Source: Patescibacteria group bacterium
GTDB taxonomy: Bacteria; Patescibacteriota; Patescibacteriia; UBA9934; GWF2-40-263
Direction of reading: 5' to 3'
NCBI GenBank assembly: GCA_035290185.1
Contig: DATDUW010000022.1
Span: 1,579 to 65,578, forward strand
Length of the DNA stretch: 64,000 nucleotides
Every line of letters starts with the position of its first letter. Position 1 is the first letter of the stretch. The translations under genes and the position numbers were made by a program. A model generated the notes under the pieces. That model did not search any database and had not been told where the DNA came from. It worked only from the letters and a program-made list of their open reading frames with translations. Shown here one piece after another: positions 36,106-46,116 of this stretch.

Positions 36106-37383
36106 ATGAAACGTCTCATCCAATCTCTCCTTCGCCACAAGGCCAAACGGTTTCTTGCCAAACACAAGCCGCGCGTGGTGGCCGTGACTGGATCGGTGGG
36201 GAAGACGTCGACTCGGATGGCGATTGCTCTCGTCCTTTCCGGACGATTTAAGGTGCGAACTGCCCCGGAGAATTACAATAACGAATTCGGCGTTCCGCTT
36301 GCGATCCTAGGACTCAAAAGCCCGGGTCGTTCCATTTTAGGATGGCTTTCCGTCCTCCTCCATCGGGAAAAGGATCCGCCCAATGTCCTTGTGCTCGAAT
36401 TTGGTGCAGATCGCCCTGGAGATATTGCTGCTTTGTGTGACATTGTTCCGCCCGAAGTCGGTGTGGTCACCGCGCTCTCTCCCGTTCATGCGGAGTATTT
36501 TGAAAACATCGAAAAGCTGGCGGAGGAAAAGGCAATTCTCGTCGAGCGGTTGCCGGAAGATGGTCTGGCTGTTTTGAATGCTGATGACGAACAAGTGTCT
36601 GCTTTCGCTTCAAAAACGCGTGTGTCGGTCATCCGTTATGGTTTCTCTTCCGCAGACGTGCAAGCCGGACCGCCAACGCTTTCCACGCGCGAGGATTTTT
36701 CGTTTGATCCAGGCGAGACATTTTGTTCCCTTACCTTCCCTGTCCGTGGAAAGACCGGGGAAGCTGCTATTTTCCTTCCGAATGTGCTGGGAAGACAGCA
36801 AGCAACAGCAGCTCTTGCGGCTGTCGCGGTTGGGGAACATTTCGGATTGACCGTTGGAGAGATGGCTGAAACACTGAAAAATTATCAGGTCCCGCCCGGA
36901 CGTTTGCGTCCGATTCCCGGCATTAAAGGGACGCTCATTTTGGACGATTCCTATAATGCGGCTCCGGCTTCGGTTGCTGCCGCGCTTAGGGTTCTGCGCG
37001 AGTTTCATCCCGTCGAATCTCGTCGTCGCATCGCTGTCTTGGGCGACATGGCAGAGCTGGGACAGTACCGTGAGCAGGAACATCGTCAAATCGGTCTTCT
37101 GGTTGCAGACGCTGCTGATGTCCTTGCTTGCGTGGGTGAGAAAGCAAAAGGAATTTCCGAAGGGGCCAGGGAAGCCGGAATGGATCCGGACGTTATAAAA
37201 GAGTTTTTGGATGTTGAAGACGCCGGCCGTTGGTTGGATCCGTTTATCAAACAGGGAGACGTCATCCTTGTTAAGGGGTCCCAAAGCTCGCGGATGGAGA
37301 AAATTGTAAAAGAAGTGATGGCCGAACCTTTGCGAGCCTCCGAGCTTTTGGTGAGGCAGTACGGGAAATGGATAAGCCAATAA
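36106..37383 (+). CDS. murF: UDP-N-acetylmuramoyl-tripeptide--D-alanyl-D-alanine ligase
   Basis: Mur ligase P-loop VTGSVGKTST, central and C-terminal Mur domains, and MurF-like ending KGSQSSRMEKIV. Confidence 0.85.
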   Translation: MKRLIQSLLRHKAKRFLAKHKPRVVAVTGSVGKTSTRMAIALVLSGRFKVRTAPENYNNEFGVPLAILGLKSPGRSILGWLSVLLHREKDPPNVLVLEFGADRPGDIAALCDIVPPEVGVVTALSPVHAEYFENIEKLAEEKAILVERLPEDGLAVLNADDEQVSAFASKTRVSVIRYGFSSADVQAGPPTLSTREDFSFDPGETFCSLTFPVRGKTGEAAIFLPNVLGRQQATAALAAVAVGEHFGLTVGEMAETLKNYQVPPGRLRPIPGIKGTLILDDSYNAAPASVAAALRVLREFHPVESRRRIAVLGDMAELGQYREQEHRQIGLLVADAADVLACVGEKAKGISEGAREAGMDPDVIKEFLDVEDAGRWLDPFIKQGDVILVKGSQSSRMEKIVKEVMAEPLRASELLVRQYGKWISQ

Positions 37384-37723
37384 TTTGCAGAGTCGAACAA
37401 TCTTTGTGGGGTGATTTTTTGTTTTAAAAAAGGATTTGAGGAAGGGGCTGCATCCTTGACAAAAAGGAAAAAACGAAGAAGGATATCTGAGATGGTCTTT
37501 TGAATGAAGATTTCCCATTGAAAAGGAGTGACAGGTGATGAGAGGAAAAAAGATTTGGTTGGTATTCAAAGAGGGGGGAAAGGAATTTGGGGGCTCGAAT
37601 GTCTTTCTTTTTGGCTTCGCGGTTCTCTCCGTTCTTGATGAGGGATCTGTTTGGTCTCGCGCCATCATCGCTTTTCTCTTTTTGAGGGCCGTGGAAATTC
37701 TTTGGAAAAAGAGAAAGAAAAAG

Positions 37724-38284
37724 ATGGTTCTCACCAAAGAGGAACGGTGGCGGGCGGCTATTCACGAGGCGGGACACGCCGTTATGGGTCGTATCAATGG
37801 ATCGACAGTCGAAGGGGTGAAATGTGGGGAGTCGTACTCCATTGATGGGACGCAATGTGAAATCCAAATGGGAGAGACCCGATTTGGGCAAGGAGAGGGA
37901 GAAGATGTCTTTGGCTCTTATGCCCAAAGATTGAAGTTTCTGCAGCAGATGTTTGGGGGCCGGGTAGCTGAGGGTCTGTTTTTCGAAGCATGTTCTTTTG
38001 GCGGGGGAAACGACCTTCAAAATGCTACTCGGATATTGAGAGAACTTTTTTGGTCCCATGGAGTCTCGAAGACGCTTGGTCTGATCAGTATAGACGACGA
38101 GGATTCCATTTCTCAGGGGACTTTAGAAAAACTTGAGGAGGAAATGAAGGAGGTCTTGCAAGAAGCAGAAATGGTTTGTAGGAAAAGTCTTGAAGGAAAA
38201 AAAGAGGAAATAGAAAAAGTTGCAAGAGCTCTCCTAGAGAAAGGGGAACTTTCTGGAGACGAATTTCTCGCCCTCGTCTCATGA
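37724..38284 (+). CDS. Stand-alone peptidase M41 (FtsH protease-domain-like) protein lacking the AAA module
   Basis: HEAGHAV zinc motif and downstream Glu/Asp residues of the M41 fold, with no Walker motifs. ORF 37535-38284; start assigned to an internal Met. Confidence 0.5.
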   Translation: MVLTKEERWRAAIHEAGHAVMGRINGSTVEGVKCGESYSIDGTQCEIQMGETRFGQGEGEDVFGSYAQRLKFLQQMFGGRVAEGLFFEACSFGGGNDLQNATRILRELFWSHGVSKTLGLISIDDEDSISQGTLEKLEEEMKEVLQEAEMVCRKSLEGKKEEIEKVARALLEKGELSGDEFLALVS

Positions 38285-38342
38285 GGGCGGTTACAAAAAT
38301 GTTGTCTCAACCGAGCTGTATTCATCAGAATGCGGCTTTTTT

Positions 38343-40322
38343 TTACCAATTTTGATCGATTTTTTCCGTCTGCCGCAGTACCGTTGATTTGTCGTAATTT
38401 CGGCTACTGTCAACGGAAGGGCCTAGACGGTAGTTGCCAAAGAACGCCTCCGGCAGGTCATCTACTTCGGCTGCCCAGGCAGGGCCATAGAGAGCCGCGG
38501 CGATTTCTTCATTCGCAATGGCGCGCAGGACTCCGCCGCGCGACACGGCATAGACCGTGGGGTCGCTTGGAAATTTCACTAATTTTTTTCCAGGACGATA
38601 GGTGACGTTGGGACCGAGCGGAAGGGAAGCCATGACCTCTTTAGAAACCGAAACGACTTTTTTGAAATCAGCAAACCACGTTTTAAAAATTCGTTCATTG
38701 GGAAAGGCATGGCGTTTTCCATCTGCACCGTAGTAATAGACGGCTTTGCACGGATCATCCGCAGTTGCGCCTGCTCCACACCCGATTTTAACCAGATCTG
38801 CAGGTCGAACGTCGCTGGAAACAGGTAAAATGGTTACAGGAGCATCAAGGCCGTCTACCCTGTTTCCTTCACTGTCCACACAAGAGGCATGAACGGGAAA
38901 TGTCCCGACGTTTGGGAAGGAGAAGGAGGTGCTGGCATATCCATTGGAAACGGTCATGGATTGTTTGCGGACGTCGTCTACATACAAGGTACAGTTAAGG
39001 ACGTCCTGGTCATCCCAAACTTCGGCTGAAAGGGTGATGGATGATCCAATAATCGCAGAAGTCGGGGAAATCAGACCTACGACGGGAAGGGCGGAGCCGG
39101 TAACGGTGAAGGACAGTTTTGTTTCGGATCCAGCATTGCCGCCAGCATCTATGGCACGGACGCCGACCACATGATCGCCGGGTTTGAGAGGTTCGTTCGG
39201 AATGAAAATAAGGCTTGATCCGGCGCTGCGATAAGAACCGTTGTCAAAGCGAACTTGATAAGAAGCAACGGACGTTTCGTCATCCGAGGCCTCGTCCCAC
39301 TGGATTGTTGGGGTCGGGTCATTCGTGACAGTCCCCTTATCGTCCAAACGAACATGGGATGGAGCTGAAGGCGGATGGGCATCATAACGAATAATTGTTC
39401 CTCCCTCGCCGGCCCCAAAACGCGTATCAGAACTTCGAAAGGAGAGGATCTGAAGGATGGAAGATCCCGGCAAGGACGATTGCAGCCATGTGGCACCGCT
39501 GTCTGTTGTCTCAAACAGAGTCCCGTCGCTCCCAGAAACCAGGCCGTTCCCAAAGGAGAGGAAAGCGAGGTCTGTTAAATCGGACGCTTTCCAGTCCAGG
39601 ATTCGGATGGATTTCCATGTTTTTCCGCCATCGGATGTTTTGAGAAGTGTACCGTCTGAAACTCCGGCCCAGCCTTCGCTTTGTGAAATCATTTGCAAGG
39701 ATGGAATATCCTGGGCCGTTCCGGAAGGAAGCATGCTCCACGTTGACCCCCCGTCCGCTGTTTTTAAAAGGATGCCGTTCGCTCCAGCAATCCATGCCGC
39801 GGACGTGTTGGATCCGGGGACGCTTACGTCCAAAAGGTCTGCACTTGTGCCGGATGGTTTTTGTTTCCACGTTTTACCGCCGTCTGTTGTTTTAAGGATG
39901 AGCCCACCTTCCCCGACCACAAAGCCGGTGGAGGAAGTAATCATACGAAGGTCGTAGAGATTTTTTTCCGTTCCCGTTTCGAGTCTCTGCCAGGTTGACC
40001 CCCCGTCGGTTGTTTTGATAAGTATCCCTTTTTGTCCAGCAGCCAGGACGGTTTTTGAATCAAGGAGGGAAACAGCAAAGAAGTCCCCCGAACCCGGTTC
40101 GCCAGAGGGTTTTTTCCAAGTTTTGCCTCCATCTGTTGTTTTGAGAACGGTCCCTTCCGCGCCAACGGCATAACCCGTTGAACTTCCGGAAAAACCGAAG
40201 TCATAGAGTGCTTTATTTGTTGGAGAAGAAACAGAAGCCCACCCGGCAGCTTCGGCAACAAAAGGGACAACGAAACAGAGAAAGAAGAGGACCGCAATAC
40301 TGGGAAGAAAACGTTGAGGCAT
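38343..40322 (-). CDS. Secreted BNR/Ycf48-like repeat protein with C-terminal Ig/FN3-like region
   Basis: Signal peptide, then at least six S/T-x-D-G-G-x-T-W BNR repeats (TTDGGKTWK and variants), then a beta-rich region. Confidence 0.8.
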   Translation of the reverse strand: MPQRFLPSIAVLFFLCFVVPFVAEAAGWASVSSPTNKALYDFGFSGSSTGYAVGAEGTVLKTTDGGKTWKKPSGEPGSGDFFAVSLLDSKTVLAAGQKGILIKTTDGGSTWQRLETGTEKNLYDLRMITSSTGFVVGEGGLILKTTDGGKTWKQKPSGTSADLLDVSVPGSNTSAAWIAGANGILLKTADGGSTWSMLPSGTAQDIPSLQMISQSEGWAGVSDGTLLKTSDGGKTWKSIRILDWKASDLTDLAFLSFGNGLVSGSDGTLFETTDSGATWLQSSLPGSSILQILSFRSSDTRFGAGEGGTIIRYDAHPPSAPSHVRLDDKGTVTNDPTPTIQWDEASDDETSVASYQVRFDNGSYRSAGSSLIFIPNEPLKPGDHVVGVRAIDAGGNAGSETKLSFTVTGSALPVVGLISPTSAIIGSSITLSAEVWDDQDVLNCTLYVDDVRKQSMTVSNGYASTSFSFPNVGTFPVHASCVDSEGNRVDGLDAPVTILPVSSDVRPADLVKIGCGAGATADDPCKAVYYYGADGKRHAFPNERIFKTWFADFKKVVSVSKEVMASLPLGPNVTYRPGKKLVKFPSDPTVYAVSRGGVLRAIANEEIAAALYGPAWAAEVDDLPEAFFGNYRLGPSVDSSRNYDKSTVLRQTEKIDQNW

Positions 40323-40405
40323 ACAAAAAAGAGGTCTCTTCAGTTTAACACGTTCTTTTATTTGACGAAATCCAAAAAAAGACGTAAAATAGTAAAAACT
40401 TTTTT

Positions 40406-40972
40406 ATGTCGACTTCCACCCACGAAGAAATCGTTTCCCGTTTTCAAAGGATTCTTCAAGAAGCAAAAGAGAAAGGGGTTGTTGTCCAAACAACAGACAG
40501 AACAAAAGCGGAGCCACTTCTAGCGGATGTAGCGCAAATGGCGGATGTCATCCATGAAGCAAACAGTCAGTTGGAGTTTCAGAGGAATCCACAAAAAGAG
40601 AGGGAACTTCTCGATCTTCTCAAAAAAGGAAGAGATCTTCTCGTCCAATACGAAGATGGTTTGCATTCTTTATGGCAAGCGTTAAAAAAAGAAACAAGAC
40701 AACCGGCTTCGGCAGAGACCCTTGAGTTGGAGAAACGTATAGAACAGGCTCGTGAAGTCACGGGTGCAGAATTACGTTTTACGTCGAAAGAATTGAAAGA
40801 ACAGGGTTATCTGGAGGGGGGTAGGGATCTTGACGAAGAATTAAGAAGAGCGGAAATTTCTCGGAAAGGAGATGATGAAACGACGTGGGCAAACCCCTGG
40901 GGATGGAAAGAGGGACGTGTCATGGTAAAACCCGGGAAGCGACCAGAGGGATCAGAGGGAAGAAGATTTTGA
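40406..40972 (+). CDS. Hypothetical coiled-coil protein
   Basis: 188-aa charged ORF; no identifiable domain. Confidence 0.45.
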   Translation: MSTSTHEEIVSRFQRILQEAKEKGVVVQTTDRTKAEPLLADVAQMADVIHEANSQLEFQRNPQKERELLDLLKKGRDLLVQYEDGLHSLWQALKKETRQPASAETLELEKRIEQAREVTGAELRFTSKELKEQGYLEGGRDLDEELRRAEISRKGDDETTWANPWGWKEGRVMVKPGKRPEGSEGRRF

Positions 40973-41191
40973 GAGGAGCGAAAGCACCTGGTCCGCCCAA
41001 AATCGGTCGGTTTCTTTTTGATCCTCGGGGAGTTCTTCATACGTTTTCCATTGTTTCCACCATCGTTCCAAGATTTCCCTAGGGAGGGAACATTCCTGTG
41101 CCAGCGCCCGGCTCCAGGTCAGCCATTGTTCATGCTCGAGTGCAGCAAGGCGCTCGCGGAGTTCAAAAAGGTCCTTTGCATTTTTTTTCAT
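40952..41191 (-). CDS. Hypothetical Trp-rich small protein
   Basis: 79-aa ORF convergent with, and overlapping by 21 nt, the 40406 gene. Trp-rich pattern (EHEQWLTWSR...RWWKQWKTY). Confidence 0.3.
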   Translation of the reverse strand: MKKNAKDLFELRERLAALEHEQWLTWSRALAQECSLPREILERWWKQWKTYEELPEDQKETDRFWADQVLSLLSKSSSL

Positions 41192-41320
41192 AGATTGGTA
41201 GAACTTTCTCCTTTGGATGCAGAACGAGGAGAAATCGAGGCTTTTTGTGAGCTGTACTTGTTGGTACAGCGAATCAAAAAACGGAGATTTCGACGAAGTT
41301 ATGCGCCAAAGGAGAAAGTT

Positions 41321-42523
41321 CTAATTGAGTTTTTTCCAGGCCTCTTGAACAAGCATCGCTGTCCCAAGCGCGGTTCCGTCAAAAATAGTTTGGGAAATCA
41401 CGGGAAGGCTTGAAATTTCCGATTGAATTTCAGCCAGAAGGCCGTCGCGGGTGACACCGCCGTCGATAATGAGAAAGCGTGGAGGAGAGGGAAGAAGGGG
41501 AAGGGATCGATGAACATCTCGTGCAATGGAACGCAGGACCTGGCGCAGGCGCATGGGATTTTTTAAATACGGTTCCACGCGGGCGCCGCAAACCCCGACT
41601 TTTGCTTCGAGGGCGTAGCGGGATCCGCTTTCCGGAGGGACGAGCGTTGTAAAAAATGGATCTGCTATTTTGAAAATTTTTCCCAGGCCCTGAACCAGAA
41701 AGGCGCCTGTGCCGTACGTAACTTTTGTGACGTGAGAGGAATTTTGAACAGTCGGATGGCGCGCGGCGGCCACGAAACTTGCTTGTTGATCGCCACAGAC
41801 AGCAAGGACGGGAACGGAGAAACCGAAAAGTGAGGCATCCATGGTTCCGAATAAGGAAGAGGATGGACGGATTTCTGGAAGGGTTTCCGCTGGCACCCCG
41901 AAGAGTTCCAAAAGTTTTGGATCCCAGGCATGTTTGTGCAAATCACAGAGTAAGGTGCGCGAGGCATTTGTCTCATCGGTAAGGTGCTGGTGTTCTTTGC
42001 ACAGGTGAAAGAGGAGCCAGCTATCTATGGTTCCAAAAATCAGGCGTTTTTCTTTCAGAAGTTTTTGAGCCTTGGGAAGAGAGAGGAGAATCCATCGTAT
42101 TTTAGAGGCAGAGAAGTATGGGTCCGGCGGTAATCCTGTTTTACGCCGGATCCAGTCTCCGTGCTTGCGCACAAGGGTGCGACAAAATTTCGCCGTACGC
42201 CTGTCTTGCCAGACAAGAGCTGGCCCAACAGACCTTCCTGTTTTCCGATCCCAAGCGACCACGGTTTCCCGCTGGTTGGTCATACCAAGACCTGCGATGT
42301 CCGAGGCAGAAAGTTTTGCGGATCGGACGACTTTTTTTAGCACCCGGCAACAGGCGGAAAGGATCTCTTGCGGATTTTGTTCGACCCATCCATTTTTGGG
42401 GCGGTCTATACCGATTGATTGGTATGCCTTGACCTGAACCGAAAGGGTTTCGTCAAAAACAAATGCTTTGACCCCGGTTGTTCCCGCGTCAAGGACCAGA
42501 ATTTTTTGCCCGGGTTTTTTCAT
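41321..42523 (-). CDS. glpK: Glycerol kinase (FGGY family)
   Basis: N-terminal LVLDAGTTGVKAFVFD phosphate-1 motif and GlpK-type FGTIDSWLLFHL motif. Start assigned to an internal Met; shorter than canonical GlpK. Confidence 0.7.
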   Translation of the reverse strand: MKKPGQKILVLDAGTTGVKAFVFDETLSVQVKAYQSIGIDRPKNGWVEQNPQEILSACCRVLKKVVRSAKLSASDIAGLGMTNQRETVVAWDRKTGRSVGPALVWQDRRTAKFCRTLVRKHGDWIRRKTGLPPDPYFSASKIRWILLSLPKAQKLLKEKRLIFGTIDSWLLFHLCKEHQHLTDETNASRTLLCDLHKHAWDPKLLELFGVPAETLPEIRPSSSLFGTMDASLFGFSVPVLAVCGDQQASFVAAARHPTVQNSSHVTKVTYGTGAFLVQGLGKIFKIADPFFTTLVPPESGSRYALEAKVGVCGARVEPYLKNPMRLRQVLRSIARDVHRSLPLLPSPPRFLIIDGGVTRDGLLAEIQSEISSLPVISQTIFDGTALGTAMLVQEAWKKLN

Positions 42524-43431
42524 AAGGTTTCCTTTTTCCCATACAACAGTTCTTGAAACACTTTTTTCATCGGTTCGCATCCGATCAGGATGCGTTTCAT
42601 GGCGTAGAAGACAGGGAGGGAATCGGCCGCCTCTTCGAGCAGGGAAGAGAGGAAAGTGAAAGAGATCACTCCTTCGCTTTTTTGATTGCATAGGCCAGTT
42701 TGAGCCCACGCAACACCTGCCTGGCGATTGTTGGAATAAGGGCTGAAAGCAGTAGCAAAAAAATCGCCTAGTCCTGCCGGACCACGGGCGGTTTCCTTGC
42801 GGCCGCCGAGTCGTTCCACGATTTCGATCAATTCAAAGGAGGATTGGGCGCCGATCCAGCCGGTCATGTTTCCTCCCCATCCAAGGCCTTGGACCACGCC
42901 AATGGCCGTGGCATAGACGTTTTTTGCCACACCGGAAAGCGTCACGCCGCGCAGGTCGTCCGTGGACGCAAGAGCCAAGCAGGAACCTCGAAAGAGGGCA
43001 GAGAATTTTTGAAACGTTTCGGGCGACCGTGTGGCTACGACACCGATCCCGCCCAGCCCCTGTTCAAGCTCTTCTGCAAGCATGGGTCCACCAACCAGGG
43101 CAAATGGCTGATGAGGAGGGAGGAGCGACGGGAGGAGTTCGTCCATGGTTTTTCCGCTTTCCCGTTCAATGCCCTTGGAAAAACAGATGACCGGTGCGGA
43201 AGGAGAAAGGTACGGAACCACATCAGATAGGACGTTGGGGAGAACCCAGGAAGGAACACAGAGGAAAAGGAAATTCGCCTCTGGAACATCTTCGGAAAGC
43301 GGCCGGACGGACGTAGCCCGTGCGGGATTAACATCCCAGATTTCAACGGAAGGATCCTGGGGGAGAAGAAGAGTGCGTAGGGAGGAACCTAGCCGTCCAC
43401 CGCCGAGAATGAGAGCATGAGGAGAAACCAT
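42520..43431 (-). CDS. gpsA: NAD(P)H-dependent glycerol-3-phosphate dehydrogenase
   Basis: Rossmann GxGxxG (ILGGGRLGSSL) and GpsA catalytic region (SKGIE...); stop overlaps the glpK start. Confidence 0.7.
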   Translation of the reverse strand: MVSPHALILGGGRLGSSLRTLLLPQDPSVEIWDVNPARATSVRPLSEDVPEANFLFLCVPSWVLPNVLSDVVPYLSPSAPVICFSKGIERESGKTMDELLPSLLPPHQPFALVGGPMLAEELEQGLGGIGVVATRSPETFQKFSALFRGSCLALASTDDLRGVTLSGVAKNVYATAIGVVQGLGWGGNMTGWIGAQSSFELIEIVERLGGRKETARGPAGLGDFFATAFSPYSNNRQAGVAWAQTGLCNQKSEGVISFTFLSSLLEEAADSLPVFYAMKRILIGCEPMKKVFQELLYGKKETL

Positions 43432-43646
43432 AGAAAAAGTCGTTTTTTGAAAAAAAGAAAGGCAAAAACGCATAATAAGGACAAGGAAAGTATAACACAG
43501 AGTCATCCCTCATGCTGTTTTTCCCCTTGCGTGTAATAAAAAGGAAACATCTATTGTAGGAGAGAGTGGAGCCGTTTGACGAGAAGGGAAAAATCCGTTA
43601 TGGTGAGGTTCAGTTCTCTTTCTTATTTTTCATTTTTTTCCCCTCT

Positions 43647-43913
43647 ATGCGGAAACAAAGCATGGGAGCCGCGGCCTTTCTTGCCGCGTTGGTTCTCCTC
43701 GGAGCTGGATGCGCTTCTTCCCAGCCATCGTCTTCCGGAACGTCTTCCCAAACGGGAAACACGAAAACGTCTGAGAGCCCTTCTTCCGGAACAACGGTTT
43801 CCGGCAAACCAGCCGTTCCATCCGCAAATCAATCCCTTGATGAATTGACCAAGGGGTTGGAGGGGATGAATGCGAGCGTGCAGAGTCTTGATCAGGCGGG
43901 GGCAGAACTGTAA
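43647..43913 (+). CDS. Small lipoprotein
   Basis: Signal peptide with lipobox LLGAGC, followed by a Ser/Thr-rich region. Confidence 0.5.
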   Translation: MRKQSMGAAAFLAALVLLGAGCASSQPSSSGTSSQTGNTKTSESPSSGTTVSGKPAVPSANQSLDELTKGLEGMNASVQSLDQAGAEL

Positions 43914-43936
43914 TTTTTTCCGTAAGATTTTTTTCT

Positions 43937-44698
43937 ATGAAGAGACAGCTTTTTTCTGTCCTGGGCATCCTTTCCTTCGTCCTCATGCCCATGACGTCGG
44001 CTTTAGCCGCAACTCAGCCCACACAAGAGCAGATCGACGCTGCCAAAGCCACGGCGGCTGAGGCAAAACAGAACGCCGTTGATGCGGCCAGCGCGGCTGG
44101 TGTGACCTTCGATCAATATAAGGTGAAATTGATCGAGTTACTTGATAAGGCCGTTTCCAAACTTGATACGGCCGAGGAGACTTTGAAAAACAACGCCTAC
44201 TTGTCCCAAGCAACAAAAGACGAGCTTGTGAAGGGCCTGAACACCCTGGAAGCCAAATTGGTCGATTATAAGAATGCCGCAGATGACGCCACCTCGCTCT
44301 CGGATTTGGAGAATTTGAATAAACAGGTGATCGAACTCTTGAAACAGAATCGGACGGTCATTCAGGAAGCCATGAGGAGCGGAATCATGGTGATTGCCGG
44401 AGAGATGGTGGAGAGCATCCAGATTATCGTTGACAAGGCGGAGGCTATGTTGAAGACCCTCGAAATCCAATGTGACGTTGTTGTTCGCGACGACGCCAGC
44501 AAAGCTGATAAGGTCGATGTCACGGGCGAAAAAATTGAGGATGAAATTGCCCAGCTTGAGGACTACGGGACTCAGTTGCAAGCGAATATCACCGCCAAGG
44601 ATAAGGAAGCCACAAAGGCGACCATGAAGGCGGCCGCACAGGTAGCAGCCCAGCTTGCCAAAGACATTGCGTATTTGCAGCAACTCTGCGCTTCCTAA
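43937..44698 (+). CDS. Secreted alpha-helical/coiled-coil protein
   Basis: Signal peptide (LMPMTSALAA), Ala/Lys/Glu-rich helical sequence, C-terminal Cys pair. Confidence 0.55.
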   Translation: MKRQLFSVLGILSFVLMPMTSALAATQPTQEQIDAAKATAAEAKQNAVDAASAAGVTFDQYKVKLIELLDKAVSKLDTAEETLKNNAYLSQATKDELVKGLNTLEAKLVDYKNAADDATSLSDLENLNKQVIELLKQNRTVIQEAMRSGIMVIAGEMVESIQIIVDKAEAMLKTLEIQCDVVVRDDASKADKVDVTGEKIEDEIAQLEDYGTQLQANITAKDKEATKATMKAAAQVAAQLAKDIAYLQQLCAS

Positions 44699-44854
44699 AT
44701 AACAGCCGCTTCCAAAAACGATTGAGCAGGCCTCCGGAAAAAACCGGGGGCCTGTTGTTATCCACAAATGGTTTTTTGCGGAGTAAGCGTTCTTTTTTTC
44801 TTCTTGTTTCCCGGGGAGGGATACGGTATCGTGTGGATGATTCTTTTTACCTTT

Positions 44855-45379
44855 TCTATGTCCCTTTCTGTCCATTTTTTTCCCGGGAGTTTCCAGCCGT
44901 TTCACAACGGTCATTTGATTGTCTTGCGGGGTATGGCAAAGGTTTGCGAGCGCATCGTGGTCGGTATCGGGAGTGCCCAGGCTTCAGGGACGGCCGAGCA
45001 CCCGTTTTCGGCTGCGGAACGTCGTGAAATGATTCAGCGCTCTCTGCAGGCCCTGAATCTGATTCCGTCTCATGATATTTCTTTCGTGGATCTTCCGGAT
45101 ATAAAGGGGAATGATGAAGCGTGGGTCAAACAGTGCCGCGAACTTGTGCAAGCAGAAATAGCAGCTATTTGGACGGGGAAGGACGAAGTGAAGGCTTGTT
45201 TTGAGACAGCGGGTCTTCCGGTAAAGACCATTAAACCCGTTCCAGGAATCAGTACAGCGGATGTGCGTAGGCGCGTGGCCGCCGGAGAGGATTGGAAGGA
45301 GCTCGTTCCGGCGGATGTTGCCGACTACTTGGTGGAAATTGGTGGTATTGAACGTCTGCGAAAATTGATGTTGGTTTAA
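44855..45379 (+). CDS. Nicotinamide-nucleotide adenylyltransferase (NadM/archaeal-type cytidylyltransferase fold)
   Basis: FPGSFQPFHNGH (HxGH) and ISTADVRRR (ISSTxxR-like) motifs. ORF begins at 44768; the likely start is an internal Met. Confidence 0.65.
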   Translation, partial: SMSLSVHFFPGSFQPFHNGHLIVLRGMAKVCERIVVGIGSAQASGTAEHPFSAAERREMIQRSLQALNLIPSHDISFVDLPDIKGNDEAWVKQCRELVQAEIAAIWTGKDEVKACFETAGLPVKTIKPVPGISTADVRRRVAAGEDWKELVPADVADYLVEIGGIERLRKLMLV

Positions 45380-45396
45380 ACGGGATTGGGGAGGAT

Positions 45397-46050
45397 ATGC
45401 GTCCCTTGATTATCGGACTCTCCGGTCTTTCCGGTTCGGGAAAATCTACGTTGGGAGAGCGGCTGGAACAGACAGACGACCGAATCGTTCGCCTGAGGTT
45501 CGATGCCTTCTATAAAGACGCAGCTGAGTGTCCTCGCAAGGGCAGTTGGTTGCTTTGGGATGACCCAGACAGTTTCTTATTCGAGGAGGGGGTTCAGGCT
45601 TTGGAACAGTTGAAAGAAGGGAAGGATGTTCTTCTTCCCGTCTACAGCCGTCCGCTTTCCTGTCGGACGGGTTTTGTTTCCTTTCCTGTGAAGCCGATTA
45701 TCCTGTGCGAAGGGTATTTTCTTTTCGTTCATGAGCGTCTGCGTAGCCTGTTTGATCTGCGGCTGTGGTTGGATGTTCCTCCGGCAACGGCCCTGGCCCG
45801 CCGCCGGTCGCGGCAAGCCAATTTAGATATGGAGTATTTTGCCCAGATCATGGGGCCGCTTCAAGAGACCGTTCATTTACCCTCCCGTATGCATGCCCAT
45901 CAGTCGATTGACGGGACGCGTTCTCCCGAGGAGGTAGTTATGGAAACCAAGGAGACGATTCTCTCCTTTGCGGCTTCTTTTGCCGCCGCGCTCCATCCCT
46001 CCTCGTATCCGACCTTTTGGGAAGGGAACCCCTCCCTTGCCCATTCATAG
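45397..46050 (+). CDS. P-loop nucleoside kinase of the uridine kinase / NRK-like family
   Basis: Walker A GLSGLSGSGKSTL at the N-terminus and a uridine-kinase-like fold; directly downstream of the NMNAT gene. Confidence 0.55.
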   Translation: MRPLIIGLSGLSGSGKSTLGERLEQTDDRIVRLRFDAFYKDAAECPRKGSWLLWDDPDSFLFEEGVQALEQLKEGKDVLLPVYSRPLSCRTGFVSFPVKPIILCEGYFLFVHERLRSLFDLRLWLDVPPATALARRRSRQANLDMEYFAQIMGPLQETVHLPSRMHAHQSIDGTRSPEEVVMETKETILSFAASFAAALHPSSYPTFWEGNPSLAHS

Positions 46051-46116
46051 GAGGCGAGGATTGCTTTTTCTTTCATCCTTTTCTACAATAGCGCTCGTTC
46101 GACCTTTTTTTCTCTT

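Noticed and set aside
36610-37737. 375-aa minus-strand ORF antisense to murF
   Set aside because: murF on the + strand carries canonical Mur ligase motifs. The antisense product has none and is frame-artefact-like.
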